From assembly GCA_024704765.1 (NCBI GenBank), contig JAKMXF010000043.1, positions 1 to 54,392 on the forward strand: DNA of 54,392 bases. Direction: 5' to 3'. The notes below the pieces were generated by a model that saw nothing but the letters and a program-made list of their open reading frames with translations, had not been told where the DNA came from and did no database searches. Below, piece by piece: positions 1 to 11,841 of the stretch (position 1 is the first letter of the stretch; every line of letters starts with the position of its first letter). The stretch comes from Oopsacas minuta (taxonomy: Eukaryota; Animalia; Porifera). The position numbers and the translations under genes are program-made.

Positions 1-156
1 AGCTTGTCTGTCCTTCTGTTTCTGTCTGAACTCGTTGATGAGCTGTACTCGTCTATCGTTGAGACAAAGTACCAGACGGTCGAATGTGTTGTTAATACTC
101 GCCTCTATCGAGTCTATGACGAGAGGCGCTTCTAATTCTGGATATCTTGTAGCCAT
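1..156 (-). CDS. 5' end (52 codons, runs off the window) of a coiled-coil protein resembling the N-termini of TRIM/B-box/NHL-repeat-like families
   Basis: Minus-strand ATG at 154-156, open to position 1: MATRYPELEAPLVIDSIEASINNTFDRLVLCLNDRRVQLINEFRQKQKDRQA. The I..TF..L...L..RR..L...F pattern looks like a BBC-type coiled coil. Downstream domains lie outside the window. Confidence 0.6.
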   Translation of the reverse strand, partial: MATRYPELEAPLVIDSIEASINNTFDRLVLCLNDRRVQLINEFRQKQKDRQA

Positions 157-710
157 TTGTTGAATTTGTTTTGCTATTTGTGTATAATTGGTTGAATAGA
201 TAAATGCGGAGAGCCTTAAAGGGCGTTTATGTGTGCCATCAAAAGTCCTGGAATAAAACACATTTGTCTAAAATGTACCTGTATTTGAAAGATTAATAAA
301 GTCAAGAGGAAGCTGAGGAAGTATTCTTCAAACACGTAATTACATATACTATATTGCTCGGTTAAGATCATAGTGAACACGTTAATCACACCTATGGGTG
401 TATACTATGGGTATTTTCAAAACAGTAAATAAACAAACAGGGGAATAAATATTCAATGTACGTACGTAGTTTAATAGCGGCCTCAATCATCTGACCACCA
501 GTCTATTATATTTATATTGTACCCTTTAGCGACACTGGGGTACTGGCGTCTTGTCCATAGCGAAAGGGAGGACCCTAGCCCTTCCCCAAACATGACAAAT
601 AGTTTGGATAATGGAACCAAATTGTGTAATTATTGGAACCAAATTGAATTATTAAATACTGTAGTTACAGTTTAAAGAATGGAATGTTAATTATAAGAAC
701 CTCGTCTTAA

Positions 711-865
711 TCTGTATTATTAAATCACAATTGTTGTCTGTCTGTCTGTCTCTTTGTCTGTCTATTTGTTTGTTTGTTTGTTTGTTTGTTTGTTTGTCCG
801 TTGTCAAGGAAAGGATTTATGGTATGCAATTTTGAAATTGTCTCATAACTATGTATTTACAAATA
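711..865 (+). mobile_element. Non-autonomous Helitron-like element, 5' part with (GTCT/GTTT)n microsatellite
   Basis: A|TCTGTATTATTAAATCACAATTGTTGTCTG-(GTCT)n-(GTTT)n-GTCCGTTGTCAAGG. The same 5' block recurs at 4742(-), 27701(-), 37267 and 50373. No 3' end found. Confidence 0.65.
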
Positions 866-1367
866 ACTCATATAGCTCAGCTATACTATAGCACAGTTTT
901 TCTATGTTCGAGGAAAGGTCATTTGTTAGGCCTAATGAAAGTCACCTTTTTGGAATGAGGGTATGAGGTTGTTATCAGTGGCGACCATATGGGTTGTGCA
1001 GGGTGTGCGCTGCACAGGGTGTGCGTTGCACAGGTGCCCCAATAGTATGGCGGGGCCCCCAAAGAGATCATTGGAAGGAGAGGAGATTAACCGAGATTTT
1101 TGGGGAATGATTGGGCCCACAAAATCTCAGGTCAACCTTTATTCTAGGTTGAGTATAGTTAATTGTTTAGTGAATTTTGAAATTACATTAGTCAATAAAC
1201 ATAGGATATGACTACTACAAGAATATAAATTTCCTGAATTGGTTTGAATTTAGACATTATTCCTCTTAGGCCGGGAATTTATTAGTTATCCATCTCTTGT
1301 GCGCATAGATTATATAGAAATATAGTTTCACAAACATTAAATCGTATTTACGTGTATTATTAAGATA

Positions 1368-1654
1368 CGAGGGGCACTTGAAAAGTTTTGACGTTGACCG
1401 ACATATCAGATAGTAATCATAAATTTGACTATACATTTTTTCATTTTGGTAAACCAATTATCAAAACATTTTTTCCACTCTTCTTTGGGTATGCCTCCGA
1501 TCGCTTGGAAAAGTGCCCCTCTCAACTCCTCATTAGTCGAAAATCTCCTCCCACGTAATTGATCTTTGAGTCTAGGGAACAACCAGAAGTCGCAAGGGGC
1601 TAAATCAGTACTGTAGCATGTAGGNCCGGATAAACGTATGTATTTATTTGACAT
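1368..1654 (-). mobile_element. Mariner (DD34D) transposon 3' fragment with one TIR
   Basis: ORF 1406-1654 encodes YSTDLAPCDFWLFPRLKDQLRGRRF (YSPDLAPxD mariner motif). TA|CGAGGGGCACTTGAAAAGT is a mariner-type terminus at 1368. Homology stops at the N at 1625. Confidence 0.85.
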
Positions 1655-2325
1655 TTTCTACCTATCTAGCCAACTGAAATATCAGTCCTTATGAATTTTA
1701 ATAACGAAAAATCGAATAGGTGTCAATGACGTCATAATTAGTATGAGTAATACAGCTGTAGATATGAGTATTTCTTAAGATTGTAACGAGTAACAATCTG
1801 CTGACCTAATATTCCCGAACAGAATCATAACTGGAAGGAAGAGAGCTGCAATGTTAAGAGGGAGTCCTCGTTACTTTGGGAGAATTAGAGATGAGAACGA
1901 AATGATAAATGAGTAACCACTCAGTGGTATGAAATCATTGAATGTATCGTAGAGATTTCTTGGCTCAAAAATGACCGGAGTGCGTTTCTAGATAATATAG
2001 AAGCATATGATTCCACCCCAACAGGTAGCATACTATAGCAGTGATAGCACTTATAACAAAACCAATTGTGGGATTGGTATTCCTGATGATGTAATATGCA
2101 TTATACTCATTAACATATACTCTCTCATAATATTAGTAGTAAACAAAGAAAAGATATTTCAATATTCTCTTGCTCGACTTCTTGGATACAAAGATGAATA
2201 CAGAAGGTGTGTATAATTTGTATTTGATTACTATACGAAGTCATTAATACAAAGTTATTGCAATTAATTATCAAATTTAGCTTAAGAGTCTATATTAAAT
2301 ACAAATTGTACTTCACAACAATAAC

Positions 2326-3621
2326 ATGAGAGAATTTCCTATTCTATTCCTAGCTCTGACTTGTTATATTGGTGTTCTGCTCATTGGATTTGAGGGAGGT
2401 TATGTCTCTCCTACAGCTAGCTCTCTCTCATGCAATACACCCTCTTAACAATGAATATTCTACCCATTTTTGCTGGATTAATATTCCTAGGTTCCTTAGT
2501 AATGCTGCCCCTACTGAGTTTCGCATCTCAGACAATCAACATTAAGGCCCTGCTGATAGTGTCATCAGTACCCGGTTGTATAGGTTAGTTCACAGCTGTT
2601 TTAAGCAATGACGTGTATACAATAATGTTAGGAAGATTCCTGTTGGGTATACAGTCTTCTATTCTCTTCTTTACTAGTGTTTACCTTGGAGAGTGTTCTC
2701 CACCTAACAGACACAGATTCTATTGTAGTGGAGTAGCTCTGTCTATGCGATTCGGTACAGTTCTGATATATGCACTTGGCATATGGGTGTCATTTCGTTG
2801 GCTGGCAATGACGGCTATCATCCTGGAATTTATCTTTGTATGTATGCGGTTGTTAAACCCTGTATCAGCCAACTGGTTGGTGTAACAAGGATTGGTGGAC
2901 AGAGCCAAGAAATCTCTACTCTATATCAACGGAAATTCTTTCGATTCTGACAGTGAAATTTTCAATATGAAACACAACATTAGGAAACTAACTATAAGAG
3001 GGAAAATAGCTCAATTATCTAAATGGAGGGTAGTTAAACTTATTCTCATCATTTCTACGCTCAATATGTTCATACCACTGAGTGGCTACTCATTTATCAT
3101 TTCGTTCCATCTCTAATTCTCTCAAAGTAACGAGGCCTCCCTCCTAACATTGCAGCTCTCTTCCTTCCAGTTATGATTCTGTTCGGGAATATTTAGGTCA
3201 GCAGATTGTTTCTCGTTACAATCTTAAGAAAATACTCATATCTACAACTGTATTACTCATATTATCTCATTTATCAATGACAATATACTTTACAATAGCT
3301 GAGTACTTAATGCATTATTCTGTCAATGATGATGGCAGTTCTTTCTGTTATACCTTTAGTTTCTGGCCTATCCTCAACATAGCACTATATGGTATTAGTT
3401 TTGGTATGGGACTAGATTATGTTATTTATACACTAGTTGGTGAGGCATTTGACTGTAACAACAGAGAACTCTCAGTCTGCATTTTACACACGGTAGGAAC
3501 AGTTATAGTAATTGTAGTGATAATACTATTCCAATATATATTCACTGATTGGGAGGAACGCTTACATTTGGTTTATTCTCTATGTTCGTTATTTCTGCCC
3601 TTCCTTTCGAATACTATATGA
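2326..3621 (+). pseudogene. Intronless MFS sugar-porter (Tret1/SLC2A8-like) pseudogene
   Basis: MREFPILFLALTCYIGVLLIGFEGGYVSP (TM1), GRFLLG, VYLGECSPP, later LVGEAF. In-frame TAG (IG*FTA) and TAA (LV*QG) plus frameshifts. No introns seen. Confidence 0.8.
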
Positions 3622-3880
3622 TTAATCATTAATTCATTGTATTTCCTGCTCGTATATATGTTCTATTATGTGTATGTTGTATGTTAAAATTTATGACACA
3701 ATGCTCTACTTTCATGCTTCATATTCCATCACTTGCATGCAAGAAAGTTGCATCGTGTATGGTGGGATTCTTAAAGACATGTGCCACGTAAACTGAGGTT
3801 CCTCAAGCTTCGGCTTTATTGAAAACTGGGTAGCTAAACAATTTGTATATCGATTACCTAATTGTATAGAGATTATAGTG

Positions 3881-4047
3881 TACACAAAATATACAATATA
3901 TACAATATATACAATATATACAAAATATACAATATATACAAAATATACAATATATACAAAATATACAATATATACAATATATACAATATATACAATATAT
4001 ACAATATATACAATATATACAATATATACAATATATACAATATATAC
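3881..4047. repeat. 9-bp tandem repeat TATACAATA/TATACAAAA, about 18 units
   Basis: Read directly. It explains the YTI/YNI/VYI low-complexity ORFs in the track. Confidence 0.95.
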
Positions 4048-4220
4048 GAGCAGCAAATGGAATGAATTAACTATTAATCTCATGTAATGCAAAATTATGA
4101 ATAGAGAGAATAAACCAAATGTAAGCGTTCCTCCCATATAAGTGAAGATAGATCAGAAAAGTACAATCACTACAATTGCTATAACTGTTGTTACAGTCAA
4201 ATGCCTCTCACCAACTAGTG

Positions 4221-4333
4221 CAGCGGTTCACAACTTTGGGTCCACAGGATCTATTGCAGTCTATGGGAGGGGGTGCACAGAAAGTATTGAAATTGGTATA
4301 TGGGGTCCACGGGTGAAAAAATTGGGAACCGGT
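4221..4333. mobile_element. Degraded hAT-like MITE
   Basis: Left CAGCGGTTCACAACTTT versus reverse complement of right end ACCGGTTCCCAATTT. No TSD preserved. Confidence 0.45.
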
Positions 4334-4416
4334 TAAATTATGTATAAATCTAGTTCCATATCCAAACCTAATACCATATACAGAAACTAGTTCTATACCA
4401 ATACAAATACCATATA

Positions 4417-4602
4417 CAGGTAAACCTCCGAAATGCGGCAATTTTGGGAGCAGTGCATGTGTCTGATCTTCAGAGATTGTACAGTATTTTGGAAGTTGCC
4501 CCCATATAGCAATACGTTGTATGAAGTTAAATCAGGAGAATTGGTTTGTGTCGTATCTCGGAAGTGTCGTATTTCAGAGGATCCGCTTTAGAGGTTTACC
4601 TG
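4417..4602. mobile_element. Tc1/mariner-pogo type MITE
   Basis: Perfect 12-bp TIR CAGGTAAACCTC/GAGGTTTACCTG flanked by TA on both sides. Confidence 0.85.
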
Positions 4603-4639
4603 TAGTGCTATATGTTGAGGATAGGGCAGAAACTAAATG

Positions 4640-4742
4640 TATGTATATTAGAAAGAATTAGAATATTCATTCAATAAATCATTTCTTTGACAACGAACAA
4701 ACAAACAAACAGACAACAATTGAAATTTAACAACATACGCAT
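4640..4742 (-). mobile_element. Degenerate copy of the GTTT-Helitron 5' block
   Basis: Reverse complement reads TGTTAAATTTCAATTGTTGTCTG(TTTG)3TTCGTTGTCAAAGAAATGATTTAT, matching the copy at 711. Confidence 0.55.
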
Positions 4743-5893
4743 ATCTTATTTAGATAATTCGGCTCTTCCAGTTCTACAGACAGAATGTGATCTTATCAGA
4801 TGGGAAGAAATGTTCGAAGATACTTTTGTGTCTAAGCTCGATGTATTTAATAATGATAATGTATTAAGAGAGAAGATGCTAACTATATTTAATCGATCAA
4901 AGGATTGTGACACAAAGCTATTACGGTTAGTGGTGTTATATTCAAATCGTGTCGATTATAAATCACCAGGGCATTAGGATCACGTAATCACAATCACCAT
5001 CCTATTCTGGCTATCAGAGATGGATACATTAATTAATGCACTGTGGAAATCTTAGGAAAATTGGATGGATATAGAGATTCTAGTAATCCAACATCAAAAT
5101 AATTTTCTAATATATTTGTAGTATATTTTTTGAAGAAGAAGGAAAAGATTTCAGTTCCAAGCTTTGGAGACATAGAAATATAATTAGTTATGATCATCTT
5201 CTACAAGTTTTCACTTGTCAAAATCTCTATGAGTCGAAAAAGTACCCAATTTTGGAGAAATTCTTGAAAGAACAACCTCTCCTAGCTGCTACCAAATACA
5301 TTCCTGATTTTGTGAAATTACTAAAGAATTTAATTCATATGACTACTGCTGTTTCTAATAATAACGAGAAAGTACAAGATATGTTTATTTTAGATTTTCT
5401 CCAGTACATTTTCGAAGGTAGTATTTACTATTATAGTTTGTCAATTTGTGATACCATATTTCCCTGAATAGGCCTCTCTGTGCCTATTCAGAGTAATGCG
5501 GTATTTGGTTTCAACATCTACCGCGATAGATGCCTTCATGTTCTCTGTAGATATTAACATGTTCCAAATGTCAAGATAGTCCATAGTATATATGTTTACA
5601 TTGTTTTAGAGAAGAGAGACAGCTACAAAGATTATATTAATCATTTAACGAGCTTAACAATTACATGTACTCAGCTGTTAGAAGAAAGACACATAATAGA
5701 TGCATACTACCCTGGTATGGGTGTTATACATTATGTCACCAATAATAATACACGAATTGGCCAGTTGTTATCTACATCACATCAGAAAGGTATTCTGATG
5801 TCACTCATCAATCTGCTTGTTAACATACATAACTCCTTTATTAGCAAATATACAGAATCCTATCCAGAGTCTAGGTACACCAAATATTATATA

Positions 5894-6025
5894 CAGGGGA
5901 CTCCCCTTAATAGAGCCACCGAATAATCGGGTCACTTAGCCAATATGGAACCATAAAAATAGTGTCCAGTTAATCGGGTCAAAATGGATTGGCCCCGATG
6001 TGACCCCATTAAGCGGAGTCTATTG
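5894..6025. mobile_element. Tigger/pogo-like MITE (same family as 47924-48087)
   Basis: Termini CAGGGGACTCCCCTTAAT / ATTAAGCGGAGTCTATTG. The reverse complement aligns by eye with the copy in the VWA5A intron. Confidence 0.65.
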
Positions 6026-7576
6026 AGTTATTTGTTATACGTATTTTAATTTGAATACTTTTACTTAACAGACCTGAAAGAAGTATTCCTCTCAGTCTTG
6101 TTACTCCTCATCAACTCATCAATTATACAGATCAGTTAGATAATTTAATTCTTTCTAATGCTACACATTCGTTTCGAGTTGGAGAAGGACGATTGGTTAA
6201 GTATGACTTTATTGGTATTCAGAGAGAGTTTTGTGATCGTTTCATGTTTAACAAGCCTTCTATTGAGAATGATTTGGACTTTGGATTGACAGAATTGACT
6301 CAATTGAGACTTTTTGATAATTTGAAATTAATACAGATTAACATTCAACAGGTGTGTTAATATTTTTCTGAATAATTAAGAAGAGGGCGGATCTAGCCTC
6401 ATCAGGATCAGAGTTTATCTAGGTGCTTGGTTTAACAGTGTCAGTTTAGCAGCCGTGAAGGATACCTAGTGGATCAGTCTTTTGAATTTTCATAAAATAC
6501 TAGCATGATATTATTAGCGCGGTTAAGCTATTTAGAATAGCGTGAAGGATGGAATCTGTTCACCGATCTTTTAATTATTAAGAATCCATCTGATAGCTCG
6601 GATCCGAATTATTGAGAATTTACAGAATTTAATTTTATTTGGGTCTGTTATCGGCTGTCGGAAGATTTTTTCCGGTATTTGTATAAAACCTTTCTATATT
6701 TTGCATGTTTCCTGACTGGTTAACATCACTGTAACACAAATTTTATTTGATTCCATATAGGAAGAAGTTTCAGAATACATTTGGAATTCTATTAAAACAG
6801 AACTAAATGGATCAGCTGATATTTCAGGAATAATATCTCTCATTGAGTTTGTGATTAGTTTTGTTTCATTTGGTAAACAGAAATCTCTTCAAACGATCAC
6901 ACAGTATATGCATGAAGTACTCAAGTACCCTAACAACAAATGTCTTATTGGTCCTAATGTGAGTTATTTACTTAATATTTATGCTATTGTATTCAATTGA
7001 GTTCTGCAAAGTTAACCAAGTACTATAGAGTAGAGACCTTAATAAGGAAATACTGTTATTGCAAAAATACAATTTGGTAAATTCGCTACGAGTGACCTTA
7101 TTAGAGAGCTGTCCTAATTACAGGGTTATGAGGATAAATATTCTCAGACTATTGAATCCTTACCATATCGGGATCAATAACACCGACTCCGGGGGCAGGG
7201 TTTGAGTCCTCTGGTTCATCCAAGTTGTCATAAATTTCGGCGCCCCTGATCGGAGGGATGACCGTATCTAAGGGAGTAAGCCAGTAAGGGGTAAACCCCA
7301 AAACTGTATCCTTATTAATCAGGTTCCAATTGGCAATATAATTGAACCGACACAAATGTATAATTAACTATACGTCTACGTATAATATAATTTATGTGTT
7401 GTTAGGTAGATGATCAATGTTATCTTAAACACCTTTTATCTCTCTGGCAGAAATTATCCGTTTTTAGAGCTAAACTTTTTCCCCGATTCTATAAGGTAAG
7501 TAGCATCAATTCTCTATTAATATTGGATAAGACATCAGGAAATGAAGTGTGGAAATCGTAAACGCTTACTTTCATT

Positions 7577-8073
7577 CATAGACGTAGCTAAAATTCTAAG
7601 GTACAAGGGACGTCTCTAATATTTTTACCTAGAGGGCTTGACGAAGGACAGAGTGTTTTCACGCGTTTATCAGGAGGCGTGCCAAGTGGCGGATCTATTA
7701 GATTTATTTTGGGTGTAACCATCCAGCTGGGCAGTGGCGTCGTGTGGCTTGAAATCTAGGCCCTGTAAACAATCAATAAGATCAAGAGGGAACCCCATCG
7801 CAAGAAAAATCGTTTGGTTTACAATTGGCCCAGAAAGTTGACACTTTTCTGGTCCCTTGGTTTAATGAATATGATGTGGGAGCTCGGGGAATATAGGGTG
7901 GGGTCTGGGCTGCTGCAATATTTCCAGTGGTCAGAGCGTAGCCCCTGGAAAACAAGCTATAATTGTTACGACATTAATTACCAATATATTTGTTACCACA
8001 AATCTGAATTCTAAACAAAAATTAGTTTCAGTAAATCTACTTAACATCACCGCACCAGTCCCCTACGCCTATG
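7577..8073. mobile_element. Nest of MITE ends in an RNF213 intron
   Basis: Outer imperfect TIR CATAGACGTAG / CTACGCCTATG. Internal CAGTGGCG, GGCGGATCT and GGCCCTG terminus-like motifs. GC-rich relative to the flanks. Confidence 0.4.
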
Positions 8074-9670
8074 TATGATGAGATGTTGATTTATTGTCAG
8101 GTTTATATTGGAATTCCTGAATCAGATACCGTTCTTCTCAAACTTTTATACATTTCCCACGACTTTTTCTGCTTTCACCTAAACCCGAAATTGTCTCTGA
8201 TTCTTTTATATCCACTCTACGAATATATTATCTCTCTCTAGTTTTCACACTTACCCAATTGCTATTCAACAGAATTGGATACAAGTCAATGCAAAACCTT
8301 AAAGAATGGATTAGAAACTAAATACATCAACGATATTCTCGATCTGTTGTATTGTTTTATCAAATTTAATTTGCATAGTCAGACAGAAGTTGCTACTCCT
8401 CCTACACACAATGAAAAGTATTATTATAGTAGTATATTTGTGTTTACTCCATTATCTCATTCTTTTCCAGTAATTGTCTCACATATTGGGAAATTTATGA
8501 CAAGATAGTGTACGTAGTCCGTACTTCCATCTATCCCATTCATTGTGGCTAATCTAAAACTCGACTCGTAATTTCAATACATTTTGACGTATTTTCTGAA
8601 GGCGAATATGTCAGACCTTTGAGGTGTAATTCAATATGATTCTATAGGAATATACACTTTCGGTTTATTGACTGGCACTAATCTGAAATATCCTTATTCG
8701 TGTCGGTGTCATTATGACATATCATCTCAGGGTTACAAAACCATAGCCTTTCCTTCCAATAATCTCCAATTGATCTTTCCTATACTCGATTTTCAGGCAG
8801 TGTAATGCTACTACCATCTATCTTTATTTATTAATTGCGTATATTTGTTTGCCACTTCTACTTTATTATTTGTAAACTTTCAGCTTCTGAGTGCAAAAAA
8901 TTGTATACATTATTTCCCTGAATATTGGGCGGGCTTGAATATGCGTCGAGGGCAAGAAAAGGGCTCCAAGACTTGTGAGTAAATATTCTAGAAGAATTCT
9001 TTTGATGAAATTTACGCCTTATTTGACTTAAAACATAAGTCGGGCGCTAATTCAGGGAAATTCTTTAGGTATTTACTGAATTTCTTATAATTTGTACTTA
9101 TCATGTGTGTTATAATTTAGTTTGCAAAGGAGTCTATGTGAGTTTTCTAAATGGAATCTGATTCTACCTCAAGACGATCAGTACATCAAAATAGTAATTC
9201 CTGAAAGTTTTTTAGTTTGCCACACAGTGAGCACCTGGAATATATTGATTGAATACTCGAAACAAATGCAAGCTTGAAAATATTTTGTATACAAAATTTT
9301 GTAGCTTCTGATTTTTTATTTGTATATTTTCCTATACACATCTAATTTTTTACATTTTAGAAGATTAATTGAATTTAATATTATTTCATACTATATATAT
9401 GATTCTACTGGATTTGACAGTATATTAATATGTTTGTATATTGTGCATTTATCGAATATGCAGCAAACCGATAAACTTATCTGCATTATATGGGAGTATC
9501 CATTAGGGCAGTTTCCCATTCTGATGATGATGATATTACTAAAAACTAGGAGTACTAAAGTATCGTAGTATTTTGAGATTCAGTGTAGATTGTAGAATTA
9601 TGAGATTTCATTTCTGAATCTTGAATTGCATTCGTGGTTGGTTCTATTAAGCGTAGTGCGTATAGCTTAA

Positions 9671-9789
9671 AGCCCACAATACACGATGCAACTGTTGCAT
9701 GAAAAAATTATTTTCACGCAACATTGTTACAGGAAAATAGAACATATCCCTATTTCCATGTAACAAAGTTGCATCGTATATGGTGATCT
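9671..9789. mobile_element. PIF/Harbinger (Tourist-like) MITE
   Basis: TAA|AGCCCACAATACACGATGCAAC ... GTTGCATCGTATATGGTGATCT|TAA. Relatives near 3745-3770, 35504-35562 and 36171-36231. Confidence 0.7.
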
Positions 9790-10027
9790 TAAGTTGGCAG
9801 CATATGACAATCTGAGTTATACAAATTCTTTCATCAAACTGAAGAGTTACATGATAGAGGTGTTACATAATATATTGACACGCTATATTTACTATTAGTT
9901 AAAATAGTAAGATAATAATAACGCCTCTAAATATTCTGTAACAGAGCTTACCATATATGATACAATGATGTAATTTGACTTCTTGAATAACATCCCAACC
10001 TTCATAATTTATAAATTAGGAAATTGG

Positions 10028-10880
10028 ATGTCAAAATGTCAAAATTTTGTCAAGACTTAATTGTGATTTTTTGAGGACTTTCCTGATGGAAAGAAATTCA
10101 AAATATCAACATGTCCGTATTGTGGAGGACCTCTGATTGATAACAAGCCTCAATCAGCTGAGGAAAAGATAGATTTAGAGAGTGAAGTAGAGGTACCACA
10201 ACCCTCATTTGATGCTCAAGAAGATGAAGCTATAATGGTTGATAGCAGTATTGTAAACATCCACAAAACTCCTACACAACGTGGCTCTTACATTTCAACT
10301 GATCATGTAATTGTTGTATTTCACAGTGCTATCTTGTTAAGTCATTTCAAAGAATATTCTTCTTCTATATCACTCCAATTTAAACGCTCTTTCTTCGGTG
10401 ATAATGAAAAAGATTCTACTACAGTTCCCAAACTATAACCTCGGAAATTATGAAGGTAATACTTATGCTTTATTCGAAAATAGTATAAAAATTAATTTGG
10501 ATATTCTTCATAATGTCCATGAAACTGAAACACTAAGTCTTCCTTACAAATATTTTTTGAATGATCAGGAAGAGAAATTCTTTTCAGATAAAGAAATTAC
10601 TTACAGAACTTTACTATTAGATTGTTATAATTTTAGACTACCCAATGTGATTATGAAATATGACATGATTATTTCACCACCAAAAACTACACAAAGATCA
10701 ACAGAAAGATCTCCAGACATTGAGTAGAATAACATTCCATCTCTACACTCCCGTAACCACGTTTTTGAAAGATGATAAATTATTGGTTGGGTTTGATGCA
10801 ATTCAAAATGACTTAGAAACTGTCTTACATAATCTATGTTATGTTTGTATGATTTCTAAAAGATCCAAACTGGGAGTGTA
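10028..10880 (+). pseudogene. RNF213: RNF213-like N-terminal region pseudogene fragment
   Basis: ATG 10028 is in frame with ORF 10235 (two early stops) and encodes CPYCG. Then IVVFHSAILLSHF (cf. RNF213 VFFHAIISLHF), a frameshift, and YALFENSIKI...SLPYKYFL...YRTLLL...IMKYDMIISPP (cf. VLVEGIVCI...IPYKYVI...NRCLFI...QYYDIV). Confidence 0.65.
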
Positions 10881-11092
10881 CTAAATTGACTATTTTATAT
10901 TTATATAATCAAAGTGCAGCTCTATAGGGAGGTTCTCTCATGGAATCAGGGGCGTCTGGAAACCTATGAGAAGTTGGACGCTTCATATTCATCAGCCTCC
11001 TCGCCATAAGACTAATATTGTTTCTGTAAATAGTAGGACCTCTTTGTTCAAATTTCGATGAGGCCTGAATGTAATGGATGGGATGCAACATC

Positions 11093-11358
11093 CAGAGATG
11101 GAACTTGTCAGGGTTGATCGTCCAGGTACTGGTAGAAATCTTGACTGCCCGGTTGCCCTATGACTATTAGATAGACTTTAAGAATTTGAACCACGAAATA
11201 TCTCAAATAAGGCTTGTAACATTTTAGGTATTTTTCATTATTGACGTAACTTATACTATTATCATGGATACGATTTATTCGCATTCATTTGATATGTATT
11301 AATGATCCAACGACCGGTCAACCAGCCGGTCGTGTCATAAAAAGCTGTTCCATCTCTA
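11093..11358. mobile_element. hAT MITE with 8-bp TSD
   Basis: TIR CAGAGATGGAAC / GTTCCATCTCTA. Perfect TSD GCAACATC at 11085-11092 and 11359-11366. Same family as 22231-22604, in opposite orientation. Confidence 0.9.
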
Positions 11359-11606
11359 GCAACATCTGTCCATCCGTCCCTTCGCCCATAAACAGGCCCG
11401 ATCCCGGTCTAGAATTTGGAGCAAGCTAGAACACTGATGTTAGAGATTAGGTTTCAAAATGTTGTCAAGAGCATAGCATACTATACATGTAAAGGGTAAT
11501 TGAGTACATAGAGTGTGATTCTGACATCTTCAGTGTAATAATTTACAACCACAGATTTATCACATGATTAATTGTATTTTACCACCTTTGACTTATGTTT
11601 CATTGT

Positions 11607-11764
11607 CATGGCCGTAGCCTTGGGTCCGGCCAGTCTGGCTATAGCCGTACTGTTTTTGAGTGATAACAATGTTAGTTCTATAACTTCTATTACTAATGGG
11701 CGGCTGAGATGGTTCTGTTATATTAGATGGCTGGATCGGCTGTCATAAGCTTGCTACGGTCCTG
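11607..11764. mobile_element. Small MITE
   Basis: Imperfect TIR CATGGCCGTAGC / GCTACGGTCCTG. ATTGT direct repeat on both flanks (5 bp, could be chance). Confidence 0.5.
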
Positions 11765-11841
11765 ATTGTGATGCTGAACTATCATTTTCACCAACTAGTC
11801 AGAAGTAAACGGACATGTAGATATTAATTTTGACTAACTTC

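Larger units (their letters stand above)
4735..8806 (+). pseudogene. RNF213: RNF213-like C-terminal region, multi-exon pseudogene fragment
   Basis: Exon translations match the RNF213 CTD in order: SKLWRHRNIISYDHL; KYPILEKFLKEQPLLAATKYIPDFVKL; LMSLINLLVNIHNSF; QLINYTDQLDNLILSNATHSF...KYDFIGIQREFCDRFMFNKP; CYLKHLLSLWQKL; YSTELDTSQCKTLKN. GT-AG introns retained. In-frame stops near 4975, 5557 and 8238. Confidence 0.85.

Noticed and set aside
932-1211. ORFs 932-1120(-) and 963-1211(+)
   Set aside because: They overlap a GC-rich MITE-like end (CAGTGGCG..., duplicated CAGGGTGTGCG(C/T)TGCA) and show no protein motif.
1625-1625. Truncation of the mariner element as a biological event
   Set aside because: Homology ends at a single N followed by a CCGGATA motif of another repeat family, so it is probably a contig join.
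3712-4137. Three ORFs with YTI/YNI/VYI repeats
   Set aside because: They are translations of the 9-bp tandem repeat.
7149-7355. 68-aa ORF and a tRNA B-box-like GGGTTTGAGTCC
   Set aside because: No A box or cloverleaf. It lies in an RNF213 intron and is at most a SINE or TE scrap.
2326-10880. Stop-codon reassignment as an explanation for in-frame TAG/TAA
   Set aside because: The same loci also carry frameshifts, and the intact genes use TAA, TAG and TGA as normal terminators.
10909-11160. Apparent DDE_1-like peptide (TWTINPDKFHLWMLHPIHY)
   Set aside because: The frame crosses the boundary of the hAT MITE at 11093, so the resemblance is chimeric.
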